Positions 1-9,542 of a DNA stretch of 64,000 bases are shown here, piece by piece (the stretch's first letter is position 1; every line of letters starts with the position of its first letter). A model generated the notes under the pieces. That model did not search any database. It saw only the letters and a program-made list of their open reading frames with translations, and was not told where the DNA came from. The translations under genes and the position numbers were made by a program. Origin of the DNA: Myxococcota bacterium (GTDB lineage: Bacteria; Myxococcota_A; Polyangia; Polyangiales; Sandaracinaceae); assembly GCA_036149055.1 (NCBI GenBank), contig JAYZQJ010000078.1:1-64000 (forward strand), given 5' to 3'.

Positions 1-103
1 GGAGCTCGGGGACGGGGCTGCGGGTGAGGGCCGGGGCGGGGAGCGGCGTCCGGGACGCGCACCCCGCGCACAGCAGCGCGAGCGTCAGCACGAGGCGCAT
101 CAC
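1..103 (-). CDS. 5' end of a lipoprotein running off the window, probably the partner subunit of the M16 peptidase
   Basis: GTG/ATG at 103/100 overlaps the stop of the M16 gene; translates MMRLVLTLALLCAGCASRTPLPAP (lipobox-like CAGC). M16 peptidases often occur as tandem pairs (inference). Confidence 0.6.
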   Translation of the reverse strand, partial: MMRLVLTLALLCAGCASRTPLPAPALTRSPVPEL

Positions 104-1458
104 CGCGACTCCGGATGAACCACCAGCTCCCGCACGATCCGCCCGCGCGGCGGCGCGTGGCGCCGGCCCGCGATCGACACGACCAAGCGGTCGGTCCGAG
201 GGAGGTAGCGCTCGGCGGCCCGCCCGACGTCCTCGCGCGAGACCGCCTCGTACCGCGCCCACCGCGTGGACGGGGCGTCGTATCCACCCGGCAACCGAGG
301 CCACCGGGTCGCCTGCAGCCAACCGCGGTAGATCGGAGAGTCGAGGATGCGCGCGTGGTGGTCCCGCAGCGCCCGAAGGGCCCGCTGGAACGAGGCCTCG
401 CTGACGCCGCCCTCGTGCATCCGCGCCAGCTCGGCGTCGAGCGCGCGAAGCGGTGCGAGGGTCCCCTGGCGGGAGGGGACCGCGATCCAGACGGAGAAGC
501 GACTCGCGAGCGCGTGGGACTCCAGCCACACGTCCACCTCGACCGCCTCGCCACTCCCCAACAGGCGCTGACGCAGCCGAGCCTGGAGATGGCGCGCGGC
601 GAGATCGAGCGCCGCGTCCGAACGCTCGCCGAGCGGCGGCGTGGGCCAGGCCACGTACAGCAGGTCGGTCGAGCGTGGCGCGTCGGCGAGGATCCTCCGC
701 TCCCCGTCGAGACGAACGAGAGGCGGCACGACCCATTCGGGCGGACGCGCCGTGGGCCCGCGCCGCAGCGGCGAGAAGTAGCGCTCGATCCACCGGCGGG
801 CGTCCTCGGGGTCGAAGCCTCCCGAGATCGCCAGGGTCAGCATGTCGGGCCCATAGTGCCGCTCGAAGAACCATCGGACGTCCCGCAGGCGGATGGCGGC
901 CACGTCGTCGGCCTGCTCGCGACCGCGCGCGTAGGGGTGACCGGAGGGATAGAGCGCGTGCCCCACCAGGTCCCAGACCTCCTCGCGCCCGAACTCGCGC
1001 TGCGCGCGCTCGCGCTCCAGGACGCGTCGCTGCGCCTCCACATCGGCCTCGGTCGTGCCGTCGAGCCCGTGGGCGAAGCGCTCCGCCTCCAGCCAGAGGG
1101 TCTGCTCGAGCGCGGACGCCGGGACGACCTCGACGTACACGGTCGCGTCCTGCGTCGTCATCCCGTTGAACGCGGTGGCCCCGAGTCGCTCCAGGCTCGT
1201 CAGCACGTGCCCCGGCGCGGCGGGCGTGCCGTCGAACATGAGGTGCTCGGTCAGGTGCGCGAGCCCCGACCACCCCTCCGGCTGATCACGGAGCCCCGCG
1301 TCGACCGAGACCACGACCGAGACGGTGGCCCGCCCGGGGATCGGGTCGAGCGCGACGCTCAGGCCGTTGTCGAGCGTGTACCGGATGGGGCGCTGGGCGA
1401 GCGCCGTCGAGGGCAGCGAGGCCGCCAGGGCGACGAGGCCGAGGAGAGAGGCGCGCAC
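100..1458 (-). CDS. M16 (insulinase/pitrilysin) family zinc peptidase, secreted
   Basis: Signal peptide; TLDNGL start motif; inverted zinc motif GLAHLTEHLMFDG; NGMTTQDAT; LWLEAERF; HPY. Confidence 0.9.
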   Translation of the reverse strand: MRASLLGLVALAASLPSTALAQRPIRYTLDNGLSVALDPIPGRATVSVVVSVDAGLRDQPEGWSGLAHLTEHLMFDGTPAAPGHVLTSLERLGATAFNGMTTQDATVYVEVVPASALEQTLWLEAERFAHGLDGTTEADVEAQRRVLERERAQREFGREEVWDLVGHALYPSGHPYARGREQADDVAAIRLRDVRWFFERHYGPDMLTLAISGGFDPEDARRWIERYFSPLRRGPTARPPEWVVPPLVRLDGERRILADAPRSTDLLYVAWPTPPLGERSDAALDLAARHLQARLRQRLLGSGEAVEVDVWLESHALASRFSVWIAVPSRQGTLAPLRALDAELARMHEGGVSEASFQRALRALRDHHARILDSPIYRGWLQATRWPRLPGGYDAPSTRWARYEAVSREDVGRAAERYLPRTDRLVVSIAGRRHAPPRGRIVRELVVHPESR

Positions 1459-1503
1459 GCGTTGCGCGTATCACGCGACCTCACGCAAGTCGAGGTGACA
1501 ACC

Positions 1504-2280
1504 TCAGCGGCAGCGCAGGCTCATGTACCAGCCGGTGAGGCGGCCGCTGTCCTGCCCGAGCGTGTCCGCGACCGCGAGGTTCCACTGGCCGCGCGCCTGC
1601 CGGCCGGCCGCGCGGCGCACCACGTAGGTGCGGAAGGGGTTCCGGCTGCTGTTGTTCTGCAGCATGTAGCTGCGCCCCTGCGGGTCGGTCAGGGTGATGC
1701 GGAGATCGCGGTTGAAGGTGTGGTTGCCGCGCAGCCGCACCCGGAGCCGGTCGATGACGCAGCTCTGCCCGACCACCGCCGCGCCGCGCGTGGTGTGGTG
1801 ATCGTAGATGGCGCCGCCGCCGCGGCCGTTCACGCGGATCTCGTTCGCGTCGTCGCCGTCGTCGCCCTCGTCACCGTCGTCGCCGTCGTCCCCGGTGGCC
1901 ACCTCCTGCGGCGGAGTGGCCGGCGCGAGCGCGGCGGTGATGGTGATGGTGTTGTTGACCGGCGCGGCGTTGATGGTCGCCGGCTGGTAGCCCGCCAGCT
2001 GGAAGTTGAAGGCGAAGGTCTGGACCTGCCCCGGCGTCGGGGTCGGGATCGGGACCTGGGTCTGGAGCGGGGTCTGGCCGAGCTGACGGCCGCCGCCGAC
2101 CACCGTCGCGCCGGGCGGCGTGGAGTTGGCGACCACGGTCACCATGACCTGCCCCGGCGGCGCCTGGGGCGTGGTCGGCGCGGTGGCCGTCTGGGGCGGC
2201 GGGGGCGGCGTGTCGTCCTCCTCGCTGCAACCCACGACCATCGCCAGCAGGGCGATCCCAACGAACGCGTTCTTCCGCAT
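1504..2280 (-). CDS. Lipoprotein with a PEGA-like domain, an acidic linker and a C-terminal proprotein-convertase P-domain
   Basis: ATG 2280 with GAGGAG RBS; lipobox VVGC; NSTPPGATV...LGQTPL (PEGA-like); HTFNRDLRITLTDPQG...ARGQWNLAVAD...DSGRLTGW (P-domain). Confidence 0.75.
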   Translation of the reverse strand: MRKNAFVGIALLAMVVGCSEEDDTPPPPPQTATAPTTPQAPPGQVMVTVVANSTPPGATVVGGGRQLGQTPLQTQVPIPTPTPGQVQTFAFNFQLAGYQPATINAAPVNNTITITAALAPATPPQEVATGDDGDDGDEGDDGDDANEIRVNGRGGGAIYDHHTTRGAAVVGQSCVIDRLRVRLRGNHTFNRDLRITLTDPQGRSYMLQNNSSRNPFRTYVVRRAAGRQARGQWNLAVADTLGQDSGRLTGWYMSLRCR

Positions 2281-2443
2281 CGGCTCCTCGAAGCGTGCTC
2301 GGGCCCTGGCCCATGCGCGGGCCCGCCCCCTCTTCGGGTCTATCACAAAGGCCTCGGCCCTCCGAGCCTACGCGACCAGGACGTCGAGCTTCCCCGCGCC
2401 GCGCGCCCGTCCTGTATCCTCCCGCGTCGTGCGTCCCCTCCCC

Positions 2444-2878
2444 ATGGTCGGCGGCATGCTCGAGACGGTCGTCCGCGCGCTCGGACGGAGCGATCTCTTC
2501 GGCGCCCTCACCCCCGAGCAGCACCGCAGCGTGGCCCAGCGCGGGCAGCTCTTCCAGGTCGCCGAGGGCGAGGAGGTGATGCGGCAGGGCGAGCCCTCCG
2601 ACGCGTTCTACCTCGTGCTGAGCGGGCAGGCGGTCGTGCGGCGCTCCCACACCACCGACGTCGCCTACCTCGGCCCCGACGACGTGGTCGGCGAGATGGG
2701 CGTGCTGCTCGGGCGGCCGCGGACGGCGACGGTGATCGCGAACGCGCCCAGCGTGCTGCTCCGCTTCGACGGCCCGGTGCTCGAGGCGATGTTCGAGCGG
2801 GTCCCCAACTTCGGCCTGCAGGTCTGCCGGGCCCTCGCGCAGCGCCTCCAGGACGTCACCGATCTCATCCAGCCCTGA
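2444..2878 (+). CDS. Stand-alone cyclic nucleotide-binding domain protein
   Basis: LFGAL, VMRQGEPSDAFYLVLSG, LGPDDVVGEMGVL, PRTATV. Start ATG 2444 or 2456. Confidence 0.85.
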   Translation: MVGGMLETVVRALGRSDLFGALTPEQHRSVAQRGQLFQVAEGEEVMRQGEPSDAFYLVLSGQAVVRRSHTTDVAYLGPDDVVGEMGVLLGRPRTATVIANAPSVLLRFDGPVLEAMFERVPNFGLQVCRALAQRLQDVTDLIQP

Positions 2879-2879
2879 G

Positions 2880-3926
2880 ATGTCCCGCCTCGCAGCGATG
2901 GCGCGGCTCGGGCGCTGGCTGGGCCCGTGGACTCCGGCCTCGAGTCGCCCCCGCGGCGTGCGCCGTCGGCAGGTGCGCATGCGCGGCAGCGAGCGCTTCG
3001 ACGGCTGGCTCTACGTGCCCGATCGGATCCGAGGCGCGCTCCTGCTCGTGCCCGGCCTGCACTACCTCGGCCCGGCCGACGAGCGGCTCGACCGCTTCCT
3101 CGCCATCCTCGCCGACGCCGGCCTGCTCGTCTTCTGTCCGTTCCTCCCCGAGTTCCGCCGCCTCCGCGTCGGCTCCAGTTTGGTAGAGGACACGGCGGTC
3201 GCCTGGGAGACGCTGCTCGCTCTGCCGGAGCGGCCGGCGGCGATCCACCCCGGCGCCTTCAGCATCAGCTTCGGCTCGTACCCCGCCCTCCACCTCGCGA
3301 CGCGCGCGGACGGCCCGTCGGCGCTCACCCTCTTCGGCGGCTACGCGTCGTTCGAGGAGACCATCCGCTTCTCGCTCGAGGGCGAGGCGGGCCGCGACTT
3401 CGACCCGACGAACCGGCCGGTGGTCTTTCTCAACGCGCTCGGGGGGCTCGACGGCGAGCCCCGCGATCCGGAGCCGCTGCGCCGCGCGTGGATCACCTAC
3501 GTGAGGCGCACCTGGGGCCGCCCCGCGCTCAAGAGCGGCGGCTGGCGCACGATCGCGACCGAGATCGAGCGGACCCTGCCGGACGACGCGCGGGCGCTCT
3601 TCCGGATCGGCGTCGGGCTCGATCCGGGCGGCGGCGCGCTGATCGACCGGGCGCTCGGGCGGCTCGACCACGGTCACCTCGATCCCACCGACGCCTGCCG
3701 TCGGGTGCGCTGCCCGACCACCATCGTGCACGGGCGCGACGACGACGTGATCCCCTTCACGCAGGCGGCGAAGCTGCACGCCATGGTGCACGGCTCGCGG
3801 CTCATCCTGACCGGGCTCTACGCCCACACCGGCCACGGAGGCGTCGGGCCGCGCGCGCTGATCGACGAGCTCGGCGCGATGGTCGGCATCCTCGACGCGA
3901 TCTGCGCGACGGCCCAGTACCGGTGA
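2880..3926 (+). CDS. Alpha/beta-hydrolase fold protein
   Basis: LLLVPGLH; nucleophile-elbow-like FSISFG; IVHGRDDDVIP; late His (YAH). Confidence 0.7.
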   Translation: MSRLAAMARLGRWLGPWTPASSRPRGVRRRQVRMRGSERFDGWLYVPDRIRGALLLVPGLHYLGPADERLDRFLAILADAGLLVFCPFLPEFRRLRVGSSLVEDTAVAWETLLALPERPAAIHPGAFSISFGSYPALHLATRADGPSALTLFGGYASFEETIRFSLEGEAGRDFDPTNRPVVFLNALGGLDGEPRDPEPLRRAWITYVRRTWGRPALKSGGWRTIATEIERTLPDDARALFRIGVGLDPGGGALIDRALGRLDHGHLDPTDACRRVRCPTTIVHGRDDDVIPFTQAAKLHAMVHGSRLILTGLYAHTGHGGVGPRALIDELGAMVGILDAICATAQYR

Positions 3927-3946
3927 GAGTGACGTAGGCTCGCCGC

Positions 3947-5320
3947 ATGCCGCGCCCGCGCACGCTGTCCCCCCTCTACGTCGAGCCGCGCCTGCCCGGC
4001 TGGTGGGACGGCTCCGTCGTGTTCCTCACCGTGGCGTCGCTCGTGATCCTCGTGGTCGAGATGGCGCTGCCCGAGGACAGCTTCGAGAGCTTCGTGCTGC
4101 GCTGGACCGACGCCGGCCTCTGCGCCGTCTTCGTGCTCGACTTCGTGGCCCGCCTGGTGCGCGCCGAGCGGCGCTGGGCGTTCGTCAGACGCAACTGGCT
4201 CGATCTGCTCGGCGCGATCCCGCTCGTGGGCCCGCTGCGCTCGCTGCGCATCGTGCGGCTCGTCCGGATCCTGCGCTTCACCCGCATCGCGGTGCTGAGC
4301 CGGCGCCTCATGCGCCGCTTCGACGTGACCGTGCCGAGCGAGACGTTCGGCAGCCTGGGCGTGGTCGCGATCGTGATCTGGCTGACCGCCGCCGCCGCCT
4401 TCTACGGGTTCGAGGACGGCTACAACAACGGCCTCGACGGCTTCGACGACGCGCTCTGGTGGAGCATGACCACGCTCTCCACCGTCGGCTACGGCGACCT
4501 CTACCCCCGCACCGACGGGGGCCGCGTGGTCGCCCTCATCACCATGGTCCTCGGCGTCGGCGTGCTCGGCACGCTCGCCGCCACCCTCGCCGCCGGCCTC
4601 ATGGAGCTGCGCGAGCGCGGCAAGAAGGGCCTGAGGAGCTACCGCATGAGCCAACACCTCCTGGTCCTCGGCTGGAACGACAAGGCCGGGGCGGCCATCG
4701 ACGACTTCCGCCACGACGCCCGCCACGAGGACACGCGCATCGTCATCGTGGCCGAGCTCTCCGAGTCCCCGGTCGACGATCCGAACGTGCGCTTCGTCCG
4801 CGGCGCGCCCGGCAAGACCGACTCCCTCCAGCGCGCGTCCGCCGGCGAGGCCTCCGCCGCGATCGTGCTCGCCCGCAACCCGCGCGATCCGCGCAGCGAT
4901 CACGAGACCGCGCTGGTGGTGCTCGCCCTGCGCGAGCTGAGCGCGACGGTGAAGATCAGCGCCGAGCTGGTCGACCCGGACCACCGCGAGTTCCTGCGCC
5001 GAGCCGGCTGCGACGCGGTGGTCGACACCCAGGCGGTCGCCTCCACCCTCCTCGTCCGCTCGGTGCAGGACGTCGGCGTCTCCGACGTGGTCGAGGAGCT
5101 GCTGAGCAACAAGACCGGCAGCCAGATCTACCGCCTCGCCCTCCGGGACACGCACGTCGGCATGACGTTCAAGGACCTGACCATCGCCCTGCTCGAGCGC
5201 GGCTGCACCCTCATCGGCCTCGCCCGCGGCCGCGCCCACCTCATCAACCCGGACTTCGACCTGCGCGTCGAAGCCGGAGACGAAGCCTTCGTCGTCGCCA
5301 AGACGCCTCCTTCTCTGTAG
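3947..5320 (+). CDS. 6-TM potassium channel with RCK (TrkA-N/TrkA-C) domains
   Basis: Arg-rich S4 LRSLRIVRLVRILRFTR; DALWWSMTTLSTVGYGDLYP selectivity filter; HLLVLGWND RCK start; INPDFDLRVEAGD. Confidence 0.92.
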   Translation: MPRPRTLSPLYVEPRLPGWWDGSVVFLTVASLVILVVEMALPEDSFESFVLRWTDAGLCAVFVLDFVARLVRAERRWAFVRRNWLDLLGAIPLVGPLRSLRIVRLVRILRFTRIAVLSRRLMRRFDVTVPSETFGSLGVVAIVIWLTAAAAFYGFEDGYNNGLDGFDDALWWSMTTLSTVGYGDLYPRTDGGRVVALITMVLGVGVLGTLAATLAAGLMELRERGKKGLRSYRMSQHLLVLGWNDKAGAAIDDFRHDARHEDTRIVIVAELSESPVDDPNVRFVRGAPGKTDSLQRASAGEASAAIVLARNPRDPRSDHETALVVLALRELSATVKISAELVDPDHREFLRRAGCDAVVDTQAVASTLLVRSVQDVGVSDVVEELLSNKTGSQIYRLALRDTHVGMTFKDLTIALLERGCTLIGLARGRAHLINPDFDLRVEAGDEAFVVAKTPPSL

Positions 5321-5339
5321 GGAGCTTCGGCGGCTTCGA

Positions 5340-5971
5340 ATTACTCTCGCAAAGCCGCGAAGCCGCAAAGGGGCGGGCGAGGGCCGCGGGATGGCGCGCT
5401 CGCCGGCGGGTGCCGAGTCGCCGGCGGCTCGTCGGCAGCGATTTTGTCACGCAGAGACGCAGAGACGCAGAGGGCGAGCGGGGCCGCGGGATGGGCCTTC
5501 GCCGGCGGGTGCCGAGTCGCCGGCGGCTCGGCGGCTGCGAATTGCTCTCGCAAAGCCGCGAAGCCGCAAAGGGGCGGGCTAGGGCCGCGGGATGGCGCGC
5601 TCGCCAGCGGGTGCCGAGTCGCCGGCGGCTCGGCGATAGCGAGTTTGTCACGCAGAGACGCAGAGACGCAGAGGGCGAGCGGGGGCTGCGGGATGGGCCT
5701 TCGCCGGCAGTCCGCCGAGCCCCGGCCACTCGCCATCCCGCCGCCCCCCACCGACTTTGCGTCTTTGCGTCTTTGCGTGAGTAAAAAAAGCTGTCGCCAA
5801 GAGCGACACCACCCGCCGAGCCCCGGCCACCCGCCACCCCGCCGCCCTCTGCGACCCTGCGCCTCTGCGAGAAAAGAAGCAGTCGCCAAGAGCGCACCAC
5901 CCGCCGAGCCCTGGCCACCCTCCATCCCGCCGCCCCTCTGCGACTCTGCGTCTCTGCGAGAAATTAGCTGT
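5340..5971. repeat. Intergenic REP-like composite repeat cluster: four forward ~100-bp units and three reverse ~90-bp units sharing a CGCA(G/A)AG-N triplet core
   Basis: Forward cores at 5348, 5450, 5549 and 5651 (A-B-A-B, 201-bp period); reverse-complement cores at 5755, 5847 and 5936. Confidence 0.9.
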
Positions 5972-6028
5972 CACCCGATCCCGAGGGAACGGGCCGCCTG
6001 GACACGTAGCCTCCCGAGTGGTAGGCAT

Positions 6029-6050
6029 CTCTCTACCGAACGGTAGGGAG
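6029..6050. promoter_or_regulatory. Probable TetR operator
   Basis: Perfect inverted repeat CTACCG-AA-CGGTAG (6033-6046), extendable to 6029-6050, overlapping the tetR RBS. Confidence 0.7.
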
Positions 6051-6055
6051 GCCAG

Positions 6056-6682
6056 TTGGACGCGAGGGAGCAGGCGCTGGACGCGGCGACGCGATTGTTC
6101 GCGGCGCAGGGCTACGGGGGCACGTCGCTCTCGGCGATCGCCGAGGCAGTGGGCATCCGGAAGGCGTCGCTGCTCTATCACTTCCCGTCCAAGGAGGCGC
6201 TGCACCGGGCGGTGCTCGACCAGATCCTCGAGCACTGGTCGAAGGTGCTGCCGCGGCTGCTCGAGGCGGCGGCGGGCGACGATCGGTTCGACGCGCTGCT
6301 CCACGAGGTCGTGCGGTTCTTCACCGCGGACCCGGACCGCGCGCGGCTCGTGCTCCGCGAGGTCCTCGACCGGCCCGACGCCATGCGCGCGCGGCTGGTG
6401 GAAGCCGTGGCGCCGTGGATGGCGGTCATCGCCGGCTACATCCGCAAGGGCCAGGAGAGCGGCGAGATCCGGGAGAGCGTCGATCCCGAGGCCTACCTGC
6501 TGCACGTGATTCACCTGGTGATCAGCGGCATCGCCACCGCCGACACCCTCGGCAGCGTGCTCGAGGGCGACGTCGACCGGCTCGTCCGGGAGCTCGAGCG
6601 GATGGCGAAGACGAGCCTGTTCACCGAAGAGGGGCTGGCGCGAGCCCGACAGCGTCGCGCGAAGAACGAGGCCGCCGAGTAG
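6056..6682 (+). CDS. TetR/AcrR family transcriptional regulator
   Basis: AATRLFAAQGYGGTSLSAIAEAVGIRKASLLYHFPSKEAL HTH; TTG start after GGAGG. Confidence 0.93.
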   Translation: MDAREQALDAATRLFAAQGYGGTSLSAIAEAVGIRKASLLYHFPSKEALHRAVLDQILEHWSKVLPRLLEAAAGDDRFDALLHEVVRFFTADPDRARLVLREVLDRPDAMRARLVEAVAPWMAVIAGYIRKGQESGEIRESVDPEAYLLHVIHLVISGIATADTLGSVLEGDVDRLVRELERMAKTSLFTEEGLARARQRRAKNEAAE

Positions 6683-6698
6683 CGGCGGGGGAGAGACC

Positions 6699-8615
6699 AT
6701 GGGCAACTTCTTCAAGGACAACGACGACCTGCAGTTCTACTTCGAGCGCGGGATCGACTGGGGCGAGCTGGTCCGGCTCACCGAGCACGACTTCCGCGCG
6801 CCCGACGGCCCCGAGAGCGTGGCCGAGGCGGTCGAGCTGTACCGGGACATCGCCAACCTCGTGGGCGAGTTCGTGGCCAACGAGGTCGCGCCGCACGCGG
6901 CCCAGCTCGACCGGGAGGCGGTGGAGCTCATCGACGGCGAGGCGGTGCACCCGCCGCGGCTGCAGGGCATCTTCGACCAGATCAACGAGATGGAGCTGAA
7001 CGGGCTCTGTCTGCCGCGCGAGCTCGGCGGGATGAACGCGCCGCTGATGCTCTACTACCTGACGAGCGAGGTGATCGGCCGCGCCGACGTCTCGGTCATG
7101 GCCCACCACGGCTTCCACGGCGGCATGGCCGCCGCGATGCTGATCTTCAGCGTGCGCGAGGGGAGCACCCAGGTGGACGCCGAGAACGGCGTGATCCTCG
7201 AGACCCGCTTCCAGCGCTACATCGAGGAGATCGTGCGCGGCGAGTCCTGGGGCTGCATGGACATCACCGAGCCCGACGCCGGCAGCGACATGGCCCAGCT
7301 CCGCTGCAAGGCCGAGCAGGACGACGAGGGCAACTGGTTCGTCACCGGCCAGAAGATCTTCATCACCTCCGGGCACGGCAAGTACCACTTCGTCATCGCC
7401 CGCACCGAGGAGGCGGCGGATCCGAACGATCCCTTCGCGGGGCTCGGCGGGCTGAGCATGTTCCTCGTGCCGACCTACGAGGACAGAGACGGCGAGCGGG
7501 TGCGCCTGGCCACCGTCGACCGCATCGAGGAGAAGCTCGGCCACCACGCGTCGGTCACCGCGCAGATCAGCTTCGAGCGCTCGCCCGCCCACCTCATCGG
7601 GCAGCGGGGCGAGGGCTTCAAGTACATGCTGACCCTGATGAACGGCGCCCGCCTCGGCGTCGGCTTCGAGTGCATCGGGATCTGCGAGGCGGCCATCCGG
7701 CTCGCGCAGGACTACGCGGCCGAGCGCCGCTCGATGGGCAAGTCGATCGATCGCCACGAGATGATCGCCGACTACCTCGACGAGATGCGCACCGAGGTGC
7801 AGGCGCTGCGCGCGGTCTGCGTGCACGGCGCCTACCACGAGGAGGTCGCCACCAAGATCGAGCTGGCGCTCCGCTTCGCCGCGATGAGCGACACCGAGCG
7901 CAAGCAGCTCGAGCAACAGCAGAAGGCGCACAAGCGCAAGGCCCGACGGGTCACGCCGCTGCTCAAGTACTTCGGCGCCGAGAAGGCGGTCGAGATGGCG
8001 CGGCGCTGCGTGCAGATCCACGGCGGCGTCGGCTACACGAAGGAGTACGGCGCCGAGAAGCTGCTGCGCGACGCGATGGTGATGCCGATCTACGAGGGCA
8101 CCTCGCAGATCCAGGCGCTGATGGCGATGAAGGACACCCTCGGCGCGATCATGAAGAACCCGCAGCGCTTCCTCCGCCGCGGGGCGCAGGCGCGGTGGCG
8201 CGCGGTGAGCGCGCGGGATCCCCTCGAGCGGCGCGTCGCGAGGCTGCAGGCGACCAGCTTCCAGGCGCAGCAGCACCTCATCACCCGCACCGCGACCGAC
8301 AAGATGCGCGGCCTCAAGGGCGTGGCGATGACCGAGTGGCCGGACGCGTTCCTCAAGAACTGGAACCCGAAGCGCGACTTCCGCTTCGCGATGCTGCACG
8401 CCGAGCGGCTGACCCGGATCCTCTTCGACGAAGCGGCGGCGGAGCTGCTGCTCGAGCAGGCGAAGGCGCACCCCGAGCGGCGCGAGCTGCTCGAGCGCTG
8501 GCTCGACCGGGCGGAGACGCGGAGTCGTTTCATGCTCGACGAGATCCAGACGACGGGCGATCGTCTCCTCTCGTCGCTGGACGAGACGGAGCTCGCGGCC
8601 GCCGCGGCCGAATAG
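6699..8615 (+). CDS. Acyl-CoA dehydrogenase
   Basis: MDITEPDAGSD, GQKIFITSG, IEEKLGHHAS, QIHGGVGYTKEY, PIYEGTSQIQA. Confidence 0.95.
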   Translation: MGNFFKDNDDLQFYFERGIDWGELVRLTEHDFRAPDGPESVAEAVELYRDIANLVGEFVANEVAPHAAQLDREAVELIDGEAVHPPRLQGIFDQINEMELNGLCLPRELGGMNAPLMLYYLTSEVIGRADVSVMAHHGFHGGMAAAMLIFSVREGSTQVDAENGVILETRFQRYIEEIVRGESWGCMDITEPDAGSDMAQLRCKAEQDDEGNWFVTGQKIFITSGHGKYHFVIARTEEAADPNDPFAGLGGLSMFLVPTYEDRDGERVRLATVDRIEEKLGHHASVTAQISFERSPAHLIGQRGEGFKYMLTLMNGARLGVGFECIGICEAAIRLAQDYAAERRSMGKSIDRHEMIADYLDEMRTEVQALRAVCVHGAYHEEVATKIELALRFAAMSDTERKQLEQQQKAHKRKARRVTPLLKYFGAEKAVEMARRCVQIHGGVGYTKEYGAEKLLRDAMVMPIYEGTSQIQALMAMKDTLGAIMKNPQRFLRRGAQARWRAVSARDPLERRVARLQATSFQAQQHLITRTATDKMRGLKGVAMTEWPDAFLKNWNPKRDFRFAMLHAERLTRILFDEAAAELLLEQAKAHPERRELLERWLDRAETRSRFMLDEIQTTGDRLLSSLDETELAAAAAE

Positions 8616-8628
8616 GGGGGAGACGACG

Positions 8629-9531
8629 ATGCCGGTACCGACCAGGTTCGTGCTGCAGCAGGGGCCCGCCCTGCGCGGCATGGGGGAGACGGCCCTGGGC
8701 GCGCTGAAGCAGCGCCTGGGGATCGCCAAGACGAACGGCGCGCCCTCGGCGCTGCCCGGGCCCGAGGTGCGGGAGACCTTCCCGCCGAGAGACCGCGCGC
8801 TGGTGCGGGCTTACGCCAAGCACGTCGGCGGCGACCCGTCGGCCTACAAGCGCCGCGTGCCGGCGCACCTCTTCCCGCAGTGGGCCTTCGCGCTCACCGG
8901 CAAGAGCCTCGAGGGCCTCGAGTACCCGATGCTCGCGGCGATGAACGGCGGCTGCCGCCTGGTCCAGAACGCGCCGCTCCCGATCGACGAGCCGCTCGAG
9001 GTGAGCTCGCGGCTCGAGAGCGTCGACGACGACGGCCGGCGGGCCATCCTCGAGCAGCGGGTGGTCACGTCGACGCCGAGCGCGCCCGAGGCGGTCGTCG
9101 CCCACCTCTACATCTTCGTGCCCCTCGGCAAGAAGAACGGGAAGTCGGGCGGCAAGAAGAGCGACAAGCCGCGCGTGCCCGCCGACGCGAAGGAGATCGC
9201 GTTCTGGCGGCTCCGCGAGGACGCCGGCCTCGACTTCGCGAAGCTCACCGGAGACTTCAACCCCGTGCACTGGGTGCCGGCCTACGCGAAGGCGTTCGGC
9301 TTCCGGAACACCATCCTCCACGGCTTCGGCACGATGGCCCGCGCCATCGAGGGCCTGAACCGAGGCCTCTTCGCCGGCGACGTCGACGCGCTCGAGGAGG
9401 TGCACGTGCGCTTCACCCGCCCGCTCGTGCTGCCGGCCAAGGTCGGCCTCTACGTGCGAGACGAGCAGCTCTTCGTCGGCGACGCGCCCGGCGGCCCCGC
9501 CTACCTCACCGGCACCTTTCGGACCCGCTGA
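8629..9531 (+). CDS. MaoC-like double hot-dog (R)-specific enoyl hydratase/dehydratase
   Basis: FAKLTGDFNPVHW...AKAFGFRNTILHGF hydratase-2 motif; VRFTRPLVLP. Confidence 0.9.
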   Translation: MPVPTRFVLQQGPALRGMGETALGALKQRLGIAKTNGAPSALPGPEVRETFPPRDRALVRAYAKHVGGDPSAYKRRVPAHLFPQWAFALTGKSLEGLEYPMLAAMNGGCRLVQNAPLPIDEPLEVSSRLESVDDDGRRAILEQRVVTSTPSAPEAVVAHLYIFVPLGKKNGKSGGKKSDKPRVPADAKEIAFWRLREDAGLDFAKLTGDFNPVHWVPAYAKAFGFRNTILHGFGTMARAIEGLNRGLFAGDVDALEEVHVRFTRPLVLPAKVGLYVRDEQLFVGDAPGGPAYLTGTFRTR

Positions 9532-9542
9532 AGGAGACGACC

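Noticed and set aside
115..3186. 1023-aa plus-strand ORF and the many other long overlapping ORFs
   Set aside because: Shadow frames of real genes in very GC-rich DNA; Arg/Gly/Pro-rich with no motifs.
5340..5971. Possible CRISPR array
   Set aside because: The inter-repeat sequences are near-duplicates of each other rather than unique spacers, orientation flips midway, and no cas genes are present.
5244..6046. ORFs of 194-224 aa across the repeat region
   Set aside because: They are translations of the DNA repeats (RRDAETQR, SASLRLC) in several frames, with no RBS or codon bias.
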